DNA from: Tubiluchus corallicola
Taxonomy: Eukaryota > Animalia > Priapulida
Reading direction: 5' to 3'
NCBI GenBank assembly: GCA_030141605.1
Contig: JAQGDQ010000502.1
Span: 97,013-161,012, forward strand
Length of the DNA stretch: 64,000 nucleotides
In this document: one piece after another, positions 44,424 to 56,400 of the stretch
Layout of the letters: the number at the start of each line of letters is the position of its first letter
How positions within the stretch are numbered: the first letter of the stretch is position 1
Translations under genes and position numbers: made by a program
Notes under the pieces: model-generated
Database searches by the model: none
What the model was told of the DNA's origin: nothing
The model's input: the letters and a program-made list of their open reading frames with translations, nothing else

Positions 44424-47400
44424 TTACAAATCAACGACGTCTTTATCGGGAAAGAACATGCTCTCTGTTGCCGCTTGCCGGATGGGCAGGTTGCTTTGAT
44501 CTTCTTCTGTTAACAGTAGCTCGGAGGTGCGCTTCTTCACACGAATTTTTTCACCGGGAACCAATTCACTAGTGTCCGTTTCACAAGTCAAACACGATAG
44601 TGAATCACCCGAATCTGGAAAACAGTTGCCGTTGCCGGTACAGAGGGCCGTTTTGGCGGCAGAAGCAGACAAAATATCAGTACTTGGAACTGATCTATCG
44701 GAATGCGCTTGCTCGCAGTCATTTGGATCGGCCTGCAGCTCGTGGGGCTCCGAGAAACTTGCCCCGCCAAGGAAAGACGATGAACGGGACTTGTCTCCTT
44801 CCTCGTAATCGCTAATCGCTCGCTCGATGACATCTTCGATTTCCGTGACGTCGAAACTCATCTGTTGTGTGAGACCTCCACTGTAAAGCTCGTGCTCGAT
44901 CTTATCAATTTCCTGGTGTATGCGATCGTACAATTCATTCATGCCGATCTCGCGGGATGGGTCGTTGATATCACCAAGAAGTTCATCAGTAGCTACACTT
45001 GCTGGCCCGCCACCTATTTCTGAATTAGTACCAATATTGTCATGTGTAGTCACAGTTTTTGCATCTGTCGCAGTAGTATCGCCAGCATCCGACTCCTCCT
45101 GTGTTGACTTTTTCTCGCCTTTTCGCTTTCTTGGCTTAGGACTAGGAGACTGTTTGACTTGCTCGTTTGATTTGCTCAGTACAGATGCATCGGACATGAG
45201 CTGACAGAGCGCCTGTCTCGCAGTGACGGCTTGAGATGGCGCTTCTTGACCTTGACCATCAGCATCGACCTCGTCGTTGGTGGGTTCATTCGTGGCAGCG
45301 ATTACAATACCTGAAATTAAATGACAATCAAAATTGGGTAACACGAACGAAAAAACAAAATATATCTCTAACCACAGAATTTAGCCGTTTATATGAACAC
45401 AAAAGTTTGTTGTATGGCCCAACAAAATTCTTTTAAATCCGAATAAAATGCTGCACTTCATCTAACTGGGTAAACAACAAGTAGAGACAGTCAAAGAGTT
45501 AATGAGATAAAAATTCTATTATTCACTTTTGTTGTTCTAAACAGGAATTAAATGGCCTGACAGCATATTCAATGATGACCTGTATAATGTGGTAAAGAAG
45601 AAATCTTTGGAGTGAACAAATAAAAGTAAAACGATTGCATTGGTTTGGGCTTGCACTAAGATTACCTGAAGTCTCCTCTTCCTATAGCATTATGTAAAGC
45701 TCTTGAAGAGACAAAATGCAGAGAGGGGGGTCCGTTACTGACGTATATAGATATGCAGCAAAAAAACCTTAGCAAATACAACTCTAGATTTGAGGGATGA
45801 TGCATTGTGGGCAGTGGCAGGGGGCAGGAATGTGTGGGATCAACAAATGGGACGTGGCATGTTTTAGAATGTGGCAGCACCTAACATTCTAAATAGCTGA
45901 GTCTTGCAAAATGAAGGTGATAATTGCAATAGACAATATTTCAACACTGTGTTAACCATAGATTCACATCAATGCCAGACAATTATACAAACATAGAAAC
46001 AAGCAAACAAACAGCCAATAAAACAAAAAACAGACAACTAACAAAAAACAGACAGACAAACTAACAAACAAAAAAACTAAACAAACAAACACACAGCCAA
46101 ATAAACAAACAACGAAACAAACAAACAACATCAAAAAACAATTTCAACTTGACCGACTATTTCAGTTACCTGCCGTTCCACCAATGTCCTCTTTCTTAAC
46201 CAGAAAGTCAAGGTCGCAGAAAGCGCCGAGTCCTCTGTGCGTGATCAGCGGGTTTGCTCTCGGTTGGATGAGTCTGGAAAGTCCCACTGGCTTCTCTCTT
46301 TCCTTACGCGCTGCTTCAAGGCGCTGCTTTGTTTCTTCGGCCATTTCTAGCTTCTTTAGCGCCTCCTACAAAAATAAACAAAAGTCCGCAACTGGAATTT
46401 TCGCAATCATGTAATTTGCACCAGATGAATACGATACTGCAGAGATTTTGTGTTCAATGAAAATCCAGCACTAAAATAGACAAAAATAGTTTCTGTTCAC
46501 GGATGGTGAAAAATGTGCAAATTTGAAGCCCATAAATCCAAAGGTCTCCACTATTGACAAAGCAACAAATAAAAAGCAAACTCATGGCACTGATTATGAA
46601 ACAAAAACGGCTCCAAAATAGTCAATGGATGCCACAACTTGGCTAGCATTAGAGTGTTTTTGCTTAACTGCTGCCTGGCTGTAGACAATTTATGCTGCAG
46701 AAGTCCTCATTTATGAGTTTACCTCCAGGACGGTGAGATGATAACAAAGTGATAATGTCACAATAAAGACGTACAGACACAGTAACTTGCGACTAGGGGG
46801 CAAAACTTTCTACAAGTTGCTTTCCAACAGTAAGCATGAGCTGACACTCCGTTCTCTATTCAATGTGAGAAGTGTCGAGAGTAACTCACCGAGGCGCTCA
46901 CACTAGACGGGAAATCGACTCGCAGCAACTTTCTGAGAATTTGCATTCACTTGCCGACAGTAACTCGCAAAGCAGTTGACATTTGCAACCTTGCTGTCAG
47001 AGAAAAAACTCGCAACACAAAGTTCACTAGTCTAAACACTCCGTAAAGATTGAGTTTACAAAGTAAAAGCAAATGTTAAGAAAAGGGATACTGAAGTAGG
47101 TTTCAGAAAAATTGCCTTAAAAAAATATATTACTTTATAGCAATTTTATGCGTATATCTTACTAGCACTCACTAACTAAAAATATATTTTTAATCTTATT
47201 GACAAGATACAGTAATTTTAAATTTTATTTAGTTAGTGACTTGTGCGCCACGAATGCTCTGATTATTTTTTCAAACTTTACAAAATGTTATCTAAACTTG
47301 TTTCAAATGACCTGTCGTGAAAATGGCTGCGTCTAACGGACATCGCGGGAGTTTAAATTTGCATGTTTTATACAGCGTGACTGCTGATTGAAGTCCTGCA

Positions 47401-50400
47401 TGCAAAAAGGCAGTATGTAAGTGATATAAAATTTCAAAACGAATTTTTCAAGTTTCATGTTTATGAAAGGTTTTCTTGTGCTTTAAACTTATTTCAAATG
47501 TTGTGCAAGTACCTTAAGTTGATAATCTGCATCGAGTCTCTCCAACTCCAATTCTTGCAATCTTTTCCTTTCCTCTTGCAACAGCCTAAAACAAACAGAA
47601 ACACAAAAATATTGACATGTGCTAGAAATAAACAAATACCAGGCAACACACAGTGAAATTTATGCAGAATGTGCTACATCAACATCCGCCCAATGACATT
47701 GCTTCCCTAAATGAAACGAAATCGACAAAAGAAAACACAGAATACGCATGATTCCATGGTAACCTATTATCATAAACGTTTGCTACATTGAGCATGAATC
47801 TTGCATAATTTTCTGACACTGAACAAATGTGTGCTAGCTGTGCAGGATAGGAATTATGGGCCACCACACCTACACACAAAATAATAATTAGTTTATAAAC
47901 ATACAATGTTATATCAGCATAGAAAAAGGCTGTATACAAGTAACATTGCAGCTATGAAATGTGAAACGTCCTGCTACATGTAAAATAATTGCTGATATAT
48001 GATGATCATACAACATTGCATCTCAGTAAATTAAATATATCTTTTTCTATATAATGATTTATAAGAAATGTTAGTAGCACAAGAACATAGTTAGGAGTAT
48101 ATAAGATATATAAAAGTATATTAGAATAGTGGCACAGTTACGAGTGAGAAACAACGGTGAAAATACTAATGCCAGTAAACACCGAAATTGCTACAAGGTT
48201 TTAAACTCTTGCATGTTTTCGATTTGACAAAAGAACACTTTCCAAAACTAGCATGAGACGAAATGAAAAATACATAGAACAGTGATTTCTAGAGAGTTCT
48301 CAGTCGAAAGGTTGAGATGGCACATCATATTACAAAAAGAATTTCTTCAAATTCAAATATGGGGACAACAATCAACCACAAACCAGTACTTTGAAAAAAA
48401 TGTACAGGTCAGTCAGACCTATGCTTCAATTGTAATTCAAAACTTGTAAGTTCAAATCTCACACTGGCTGTTCTCACGGATGTCATCTCTTGAGCAAGAG
48501 AGTTACTAATTAGTATTGGAGTTACTAAATGGTATTGGAGTTACTAAATGGTACTGGAGTTACTAATTAGTATTCGAGTTACTAAATGGTATTGGAGTTA
48601 CTAATTAGTATTGGAGCTACTAATTGGTATTGCAGTTACTAATTAGTATTGGAGTTACTAAATGGTACTGGTGGAGTTACTAAATGGTATTGGAGTTACT
48701 AATTAGTATTCGAGTTACTAAATGGTATTAGAGTTACTAATTAGTATTGGAACTACTAATTGGTATTGCAGTTACTAATTAGTATTGGAGTTACTAAATG
48801 GTATGGAGTTACTAAATGGTATCGGTGGTATTCGAGTTACTAAATGGTATGGAGTTACTAAACGGTATTGCCTTCAAAATACATTCAAAATACAATGGTG
48901 GTTGTATCAAGAAAGGAGAGATTTAAAAATTAAATGGGCTTCATCATGTAATCGAGATTACTGATTACTGTTAGTCAGTCATTGATTACCGAGATCATCC
49001 CATTCCTAGCGGGGGTGGCTATACAAACCTGTGCTTCCAGTGCATACTAAAGCTTAACTCAACTCAATGAAAGCAAAACTACACCAGTTTTGTGTTTGAG
49101 AGTGTCTACATTCGCGATTTACCCGTGTTGAGATTTATTTAAAACGCAGTTGTCTCTTAGTATTCGATAGCTAAGTAATTGACACCAAAGACTTGCAAGC
49201 AAAAAATCGAAGTTAAGCAATACGACTTTTCACAGTCCCAGAGACTGGTGATGATCGTGAAAACAAGAAAGGCTAAGTGTACCCGACAACGCATTTGTGT
49301 ACAACACCTCGCAGGCCAAGCTACTGTAATAGTAACAATTTTAATAGCTAGCTAGAACCTTACCTAGTTCATTTTTTTCTTGTTCCCAAGCAAGATCCTG
49401 CTAGTAAATCACTCTACGCACAGACTAATGCATAATTACGTAAAGTCCATGTAAAATAACTGAAGTTACTGAACGGCTTTAAATTCACCCACATGTCACG
49501 TGACGGTTGTAGTTAAGACGCGCTGCTGTGGCACACTTAAGCTTTGACTTGCAGCAACTGTGCGCATGCCCAATGAAACAAGGCAAATTTACTTGTAGTC
49601 GATTATACCCACTACCATTAAAAGGGAGAGTGCAATATGTTAATGTGATTAAGCCCTCAGCATCTGTGCAGCTGTCTCGTTGCATAGAGTTTGTAAAAAC
49701 ATGCAAACGCATAAATAAACAACAGAAATCTTTGTAAAAGAACTCGGTGTTTACTGGCGTTTTAACCCGCAATCACCATAATAGTTCACCTCGCTATGTC
49801 CTCCTGGTTACGTTCGACATCCTCCCGTTTTTGTCGCTCGTCGTGTAAGAGCGCATCCTGCTTCTCGCGCAGTCCCTCCAACTCCTGACGTTTGGCGCTC
49901 TCCTGTTCGAGTAGACTGGAGGACGATGGAGAAAAATCAAAGCCACATTAGTCGTTTTAGTTTTGCGAGACCAACCACCAGAGTGCACTAGTAGCTTATG
50001 ACCATGTATGGTAAGTTTAATAATTAGATAATGTGTCAGAGGCGTAACTTAGCACAGGTCACAAAAAATTCAAATTTGGGAACAAGTCAAAAAGCAACAT
50101 TAAGTTGCTAAAGGATTCCAAAATTACAAAATTTTTCCACATCTGAATTAATTAGCAAACCGCCATCCCCATGTTTCGAACACGTTTACGATTTTTGCTG
50201 GTTCTGGCTTTGTTATACCTCTGTTACGTACAACAAATTGCTAATTATTAGATTATTAAAAGCGTTCGTCTGCAGAATTGACCATAAACATGGTAGTCAA
50301 ACAAAACAAATTATGAGAACATTTAAAGTATAGAGCCTAGTATAAAAACAAGTTTGGTCAAGCTAAGATAGTGAACACAATGAAGAAAGTAGCAATATCG

Positions 50401-53400
50401 TGTTCAAGGTAAGACTCCACGTGCTCGTAATGCGTAATCTGTAATCCGTAATGCATATGGACTGTCTTCACATCTCAAAACGAACGCCAAGCATACTAAC
50501 AAGTAGACGGCACTCTTTCCGCCATTTTTGTTTGTCATACGTGAAAATCGGAAGTAATAATTTTTGGAAACCATGTCTCAGCCAAAGTTTCAGGGAGTCA
50601 CTGATCAAGAAATAATCACCATGTGGCATTAGCTTAGCATTGTACTAAAGAAAAATTTAAAATATATAAAAACAAACAGGTCTAATGTGACATTGCCATC
50701 AAACTGAGATATTGAGCTTTATTATTAAGATTTGAGATACTGAGATTTTAATGCTGTTGTTACTGTTGTTTTGCTATTGTCGATGTCGCCGTTGCTGTTA
50801 CTGCTGCTGTTCTTACTATTGTTGTTGTTATTCTTGTTGTACCTCAGTTCAGTATGTGCATTGTGTTAGAATTTTCCACTAAATGAGAAATGATCTGAAT
50901 TAATGTTAGCATCATCACCACCACATCATAACCATCCTTGTTGATAATTTTGTCATAAGTTCAATAAGTGAATTTGGGTTTTGGGTGCATAACGTTTTAC
51001 AGCGGAGCATCACTACTTAGTGAAAGAACTGCAACTAGGTGCAGAATAAAATAATTAGCTGCTTCTTCCACCTCTCAAAAACTCAAATGTAAGAGTATTA
51101 TTGGGTGTAGGTCCAGACGTCGACGGTCATATTACGTTGAAAACACCGGTTCTCGTCTGAACACCGAAGTTAAGCTATGTAGAGCCTTGCTAGTACTTGG
51201 ATGGGTGCCCGCCTAGGAATACCAGGTGCTGTAGGCTTGCGGGATGCCCACACTGTATCTCGACACTAGGCAGAGGAGGTCAAGTAAACTTTCCAAATCA
51301 GGAGTGGAGCCCCGAAGGCGGACCAGTGCAGCATGCTCACTGACTCCGGCAGCTCTTGCAGCCAACCTGGTGCCAAACGTATCGCTCCGCTTTCCTTTGG
51401 ACTACACCAGGGAGGAAGAGAGGGGGTTCCTGCTGTCTGGGCAACTCAGGATCCCCATACACCTTGCACTCCAGTGGTTCCAGGATCGGATTGCTCAGCC
51501 AGTCGACCCTGCAGCTCCATCAATGTGATCAATAACTGACTCTCTTGGCGCACATTCCATTGTCTTCCGAAACAGAAGGATGCCAACAGGTCCAGACGTG
51601 ACCAAAATACACCTGACGAAGGATCCAGTCAGCAAAAATGGTCATCGGACAACCTCACTAAATCACCCAGGCAATGGCGGGTCCCTGTCTGCATATTGCT
51701 GCATTCACTATGCATTGAGCATCTGGCACGCATGTTTAAATTCAAACAGTTGTACAAGTACCTGGCATAGAGAATTATGTCATATATTATGTGTACATGG
51801 AGTCCTACGTTATCCCCATTTGCATTTATCAGTCAAAGCAATCAAGGTTGTAATTCTATGAAAAATTAACTGAACAAAAATGGTTAAAAATTACAGTTTT
51901 AACTAGAATTTGTTGCAAAAATATACAATTTTGCATCAGGTTTACGATCATTTACAGGACGAACACTTTTTCGGCAATTTCTCTACAACGACAAAATAAA
52001 TAAAGAACTAAATTTTGACAAATGCCTCTGGATTTGATGACGGAAATACGCTAAGACGGCACACGAACAGTTTGGAAACGTAGTTCAGTTTTTGCTAAGA
52101 CACCACAAACAGTTTAGAAACGTGGTTGAAATATTGCTAAGACATTATAAACAGTCAGCGACAAAAAACGAATGCAGCTTTGAGATACAATGTGGCAATT
52201 TTTATTTTTTTAATAATGTAACAAGTTTTTAATTTTGGCAGCAAAAATGCAGTACAGTGAATTTTTGAAAACCATTTGTTCATTTTTTTGTTTTAGATTA
52301 CATAGTTAAACCAATCTCCATTTAAATTTGCTTTATAAAAAAAAACTCAAATTTCAATAAATGACTAGCAACGTAACTTACTTGGCCTGCAGAGTGCGGA
52401 CTGTCTCTTCGTCCTTCTTCGCCTGCCGCTCGTCCTTGAGCAGCCGTTGTAACTCCACATGGATCATCTCCAGCTCTTCTCTGCGATGACGTTCTGCCTC
52501 TGCGATGGCAGCTTCCTGTCTTGCACGTTCCTCAGCTTCCAGCCGTGCCTAGAAACGAATTATGCTTCTGAATCTACCTTTTGCATTAACACGCTGACAG
52601 AGCTTGCCACCGCAATCTTAGTAATTTTTTCATGAGCCAGCAACATTCCTTTATTTACACTTTGCAGGACAAAACTAAACAAATCGGAATAAACTGGATA
52701 AAATTTTTTTTGCAAAACTGTACTGCTGTAAGCATGGAGATCGTTTCCATGCTTGGCCGACCTTTACATAAAGACCTTTGCGAGAACCAGCCTGTTTACT
52801 TCCATTACTCATTAGCCCTGAAGCCAATCCTTTCATATTATATGGATAAATACTCCCCTGACTGAAAGCTCAGTAGCTTTTTTGGAGCTAATAGTTATAA
52901 GTAAAAGTAATGGTCGTTAAAGGGGATATATCATCATGTTTTAATTTCAGTACCACCGATTTACTAAAAATTTCACCGATTTACTAAAAAATCACTTAAA
53001 AGTCTAATAAAACAATCTGCCTTATGAAAATTTCTAATTTGGACCCTAGAAAAACGTCAAAATCTACCAGAGAACCTTTTTGGATATTTGCTCGATTGGT
53101 TGAAAGAGTCTTCAAAAGTAATGAATTATGTGTAGCTATTTTTGCAGTTAAACAAAATAAAAAATGTAAAGTAAATACTGATTTTTGGGACACCAACCCA
53201 AGTGGTAAATTAAAGTAAAAGCTAATTGATAGGTGCTCTGCTTTGAAAAAAAACTTTTCTCATATGTATGTATTTAGTTTACTGACAAAAATACTTTTTA
53301 TTTAGAACAGTTTGGGTAAAACACTTTAATTTTTTTGTCCAAGACACAATACTGCACATCAATTCAACCATCTTAACAAAACAGTAAAGATTACAAAATT

Positions 53401-56400
53401 TGAGTTACATTCAGATAATATTTCGGCACAAATTTGAAGAGATTCCTTAGTTCAAAAAACGAAACATAAGTATAAGTGTGTCAGATGCACTGAGTTATTG
53501 GATAGCTTTGCAATGCATGTCGTTCTATCTGAATACCTTGGCCACATGTACACAATCTAGTGTGACACTCTTCACCACTTAATCACCCTGTTTCTAAATG
53601 GAAGTGAAGTAAGCAGTCTTAGAATGCAGCATGGCAAATGTCAGGTCTACCATCCATACACCTACTGCCTAAGTGAGATATTCTAAAACCCTTACCAGTG
53701 TCTAATGAAAGTAAATGATTGCAAAACAGCATAAAAGCACTATTAAAGCAGAAAGAGAGTAAATAAGGTTTACACAAAATTCTCTCACAAAGCTAAGGCA
53801 TGCATACCTGTCGCTCGGCTTCTAACTCCGACTGAGTCATCTCCACCTTCTCACTCTGCTGTCTCAGTCGCCCCTCCTCCTCCTCTCGCTGCTTCTCTAT
53901 TTGCGCCTGCAGACGCAGTGTCTCCTGCTCTGCCTTTGCCTCTGCGGCTTCTCTTTTCTGTCAGAAAAAATAATTTTTCATCATTGAGAAATAAGGTAAA
54001 TAAAAAAAAATTGGGAAAGGCTGGTGATTAGATTGAGAAATCTCTACATCTTCGAAGTTGCATGTTTTACCTTTAATTATGACGATTCATCAATCGATGC
54101 CGAAGCCCAGTCAATCAATACCTAGTTCTAGAATACAAAGTCAGTCCTTCATCCGTTGCACAGTGCATCACAAGGTATATTACAAAAAGATAAGTAACTA
54201 AGTGAAAATAGTACCAGTCTCTCCTCCTCCAAAGCTTTATCTTTGGCTTGTAGCTCTTGACATTTCTGCTTGAACTCCTTCTCTTCCCGTTCCAGTTGTT
54301 CGTCGCGGCGCTGTTTCCGCCTCTCAAACTGCTTCCGCTGGAACAAGTGAACGTCTTCGCTGTTCTCTATCGCCAGCTGCACAGCTGTTAAAGGAAAACC
54401 ATACACAATCTTAAACTATAGCTCAAAATAATGTAATCTACAAAATATTGTCAAGGGAACATATTGTTTTTCTTTAAGAAAGACTTATATGAAAGAATTA
54501 TTATAGCAGAAACCTAATTTCCCATTCACGAGGCTAGTTCTTCGCCATTTACTAGTTAGACGGGCTCTAGCACCTGTATTTCGGAAACGTGTTGCACAAA
54601 AAACTGGTGCTGTATTCTCTCAATTCAGATGTGTTCAGTTTTCGGTGCACACATTCAAGAGCTAATTCGTGAGCACATCAGCAAATTTGAAACTTAAATT
54701 TTTAAAGTTAAAGCTTAAAAATAATGTTGTACAGCAGCACTGTACTTCGATTTTCGCTTTTGAAAACACATGCAACATGCCCATGGGATGTTTGCGCTGT
54801 TGAAAATTATATTCACTTGTGAGGTCATCCTCAAATGGGCTCACCGGCCACTAATTAAGTTTCTAACCTATTATCTAAATATGAGACGCACTTTGGTATT
54901 GTTATAGGTAATAAAATGTATATTTTTATATTACTCCAAAAGTTGTGTAGGATATGAAAATCATACTGTTTTGCTTTACTGTGCAACAATGAAGCTTTTA
55001 TGGAGCAACACTTCATGAAAGGTGCTTAATATTGATTTTTTACTGACCCCAAGCTTATTAGGTGAATATCAAAACTAAAAAAAACTGCTCGACAATGGTT
55101 AAAACTTATAAATCAACATAACTGACTTGATGGAGAGTTCCTATCAAGGATCAATCGTGCTGGAGATGCTGGATTATGTGGCATAATAATGTGTGTATCT
55201 GATAGGTGGCTCTGATAGCTCTGAGAATTCTGACAAGCTCTGATAGGATGAGCCAATAAATCAAATGGGAGAGCATCTTGCTATGTACACAGCAAAGTTG
55301 CGGATTCGAATCCTGGTTGGTCCACACTTTTTCAGTGCCTCCCTCTTCAATTATGCCAGGCTAATTCTTGTGCGCATAATGTCTTTTCCTAATCTGGTTT
55401 GTGGTGTCGAAAGGGTGTGCAGTCTTAAGGAGTCTGTGTTGTTCTAATTATTCTAACATCTGGCAGTGTCTCAATTAGAAAGAAGCAGTGCTGTAGTTAG
55501 AAAAAGAACAGAACTGTTGAGGATATATGATTAAGCCCTGAACCAGCTAGAAACAAACACAAATCCTATGCGCACAAGTTCAATGAATGAAAACACACAA
55601 AGAACGTTTGACTACGAGTTTTTAATGACTTGACGATCATTGTAAAACATTTTTGAGTCATTTTCTGTACAGATTTGCCAGTGACATGACCTGGCACAGT
55701 ACGGCACTAAAATTGATAATTACATAAATTATCTTAGTAACGCAACTGGCCTTTTCTCTGCTTTCAAAGTGATTTTGAAAATAATCTTTTTTAGGAAACG
55801 ACAGCCCCAGAGCTAAAACGTCCAATTTTTTTAGTCTGCATTTTGTAATATTTGAATGACTTGCTGCAATATCTAGTTCAAAATCTCAGGTACAATGTTA
55901 CATATTTACAAAGAGTGTTCATTTAAATAACCCGCAAATATACAATGTCAGTGGATTTACTATACATACCTGCCAGCCACTCCTGTCGGGTTCTGTTATC
56001 TATGGCACTGATTTCAAAAACCCGTGCTTTGGGGTCATTTACTGGGGTGATGATGAAACGATTTGGGTAGCTGCTCTTCTTGTCTTCGGCCAACTGAAAA
56101 ATATATATGAACATAACCATAATGCCGAAATGGAAACATTATAAGAAATTAAAGTTTACTAGCCCACCATAATGCATAAAATCTTTCCATAAGTGCGTAA
56201 AAACCACCCACAATGGACATTTTTTGCCCACCTCCCAGCCCTCCACTCATCCAGATAAAAATTTACAAAATCACTTACTACGTTCTACTTATGTTCGTGT
56301 CATTGTCATTTGTATTGAAGAGAGTTTTAAAAATCACTTACTAGGTTCTGTTTACATTCGATTCATTGTCATTTGTATTGAAGAGAGTTTTAAAAATCAC

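Noticed and set aside
44527-45204. Several plus-strand ORFs
   Set aside because: Antisense or alternative-frame shadows of the GC-richer terminal exon of the SWAP70-like gene.
48501-48870. CRISPR array
   Set aside because: Contiguous tandem units with no unique spacers, in eukaryotic context with no cas genes.
51119-51238. Functional 5S rRNA gene
   Set aside because: Single copy, substitutions in conserved positions, no oligo-T terminator, and enclosed with downstream sequence by a TSD. It is better explained as a SINE head.
55250-55325. tRNA gene
   Set aside because: The stems are imperfect, the anticodon arm is unclear, and it continues into a SINE-like body and tail.
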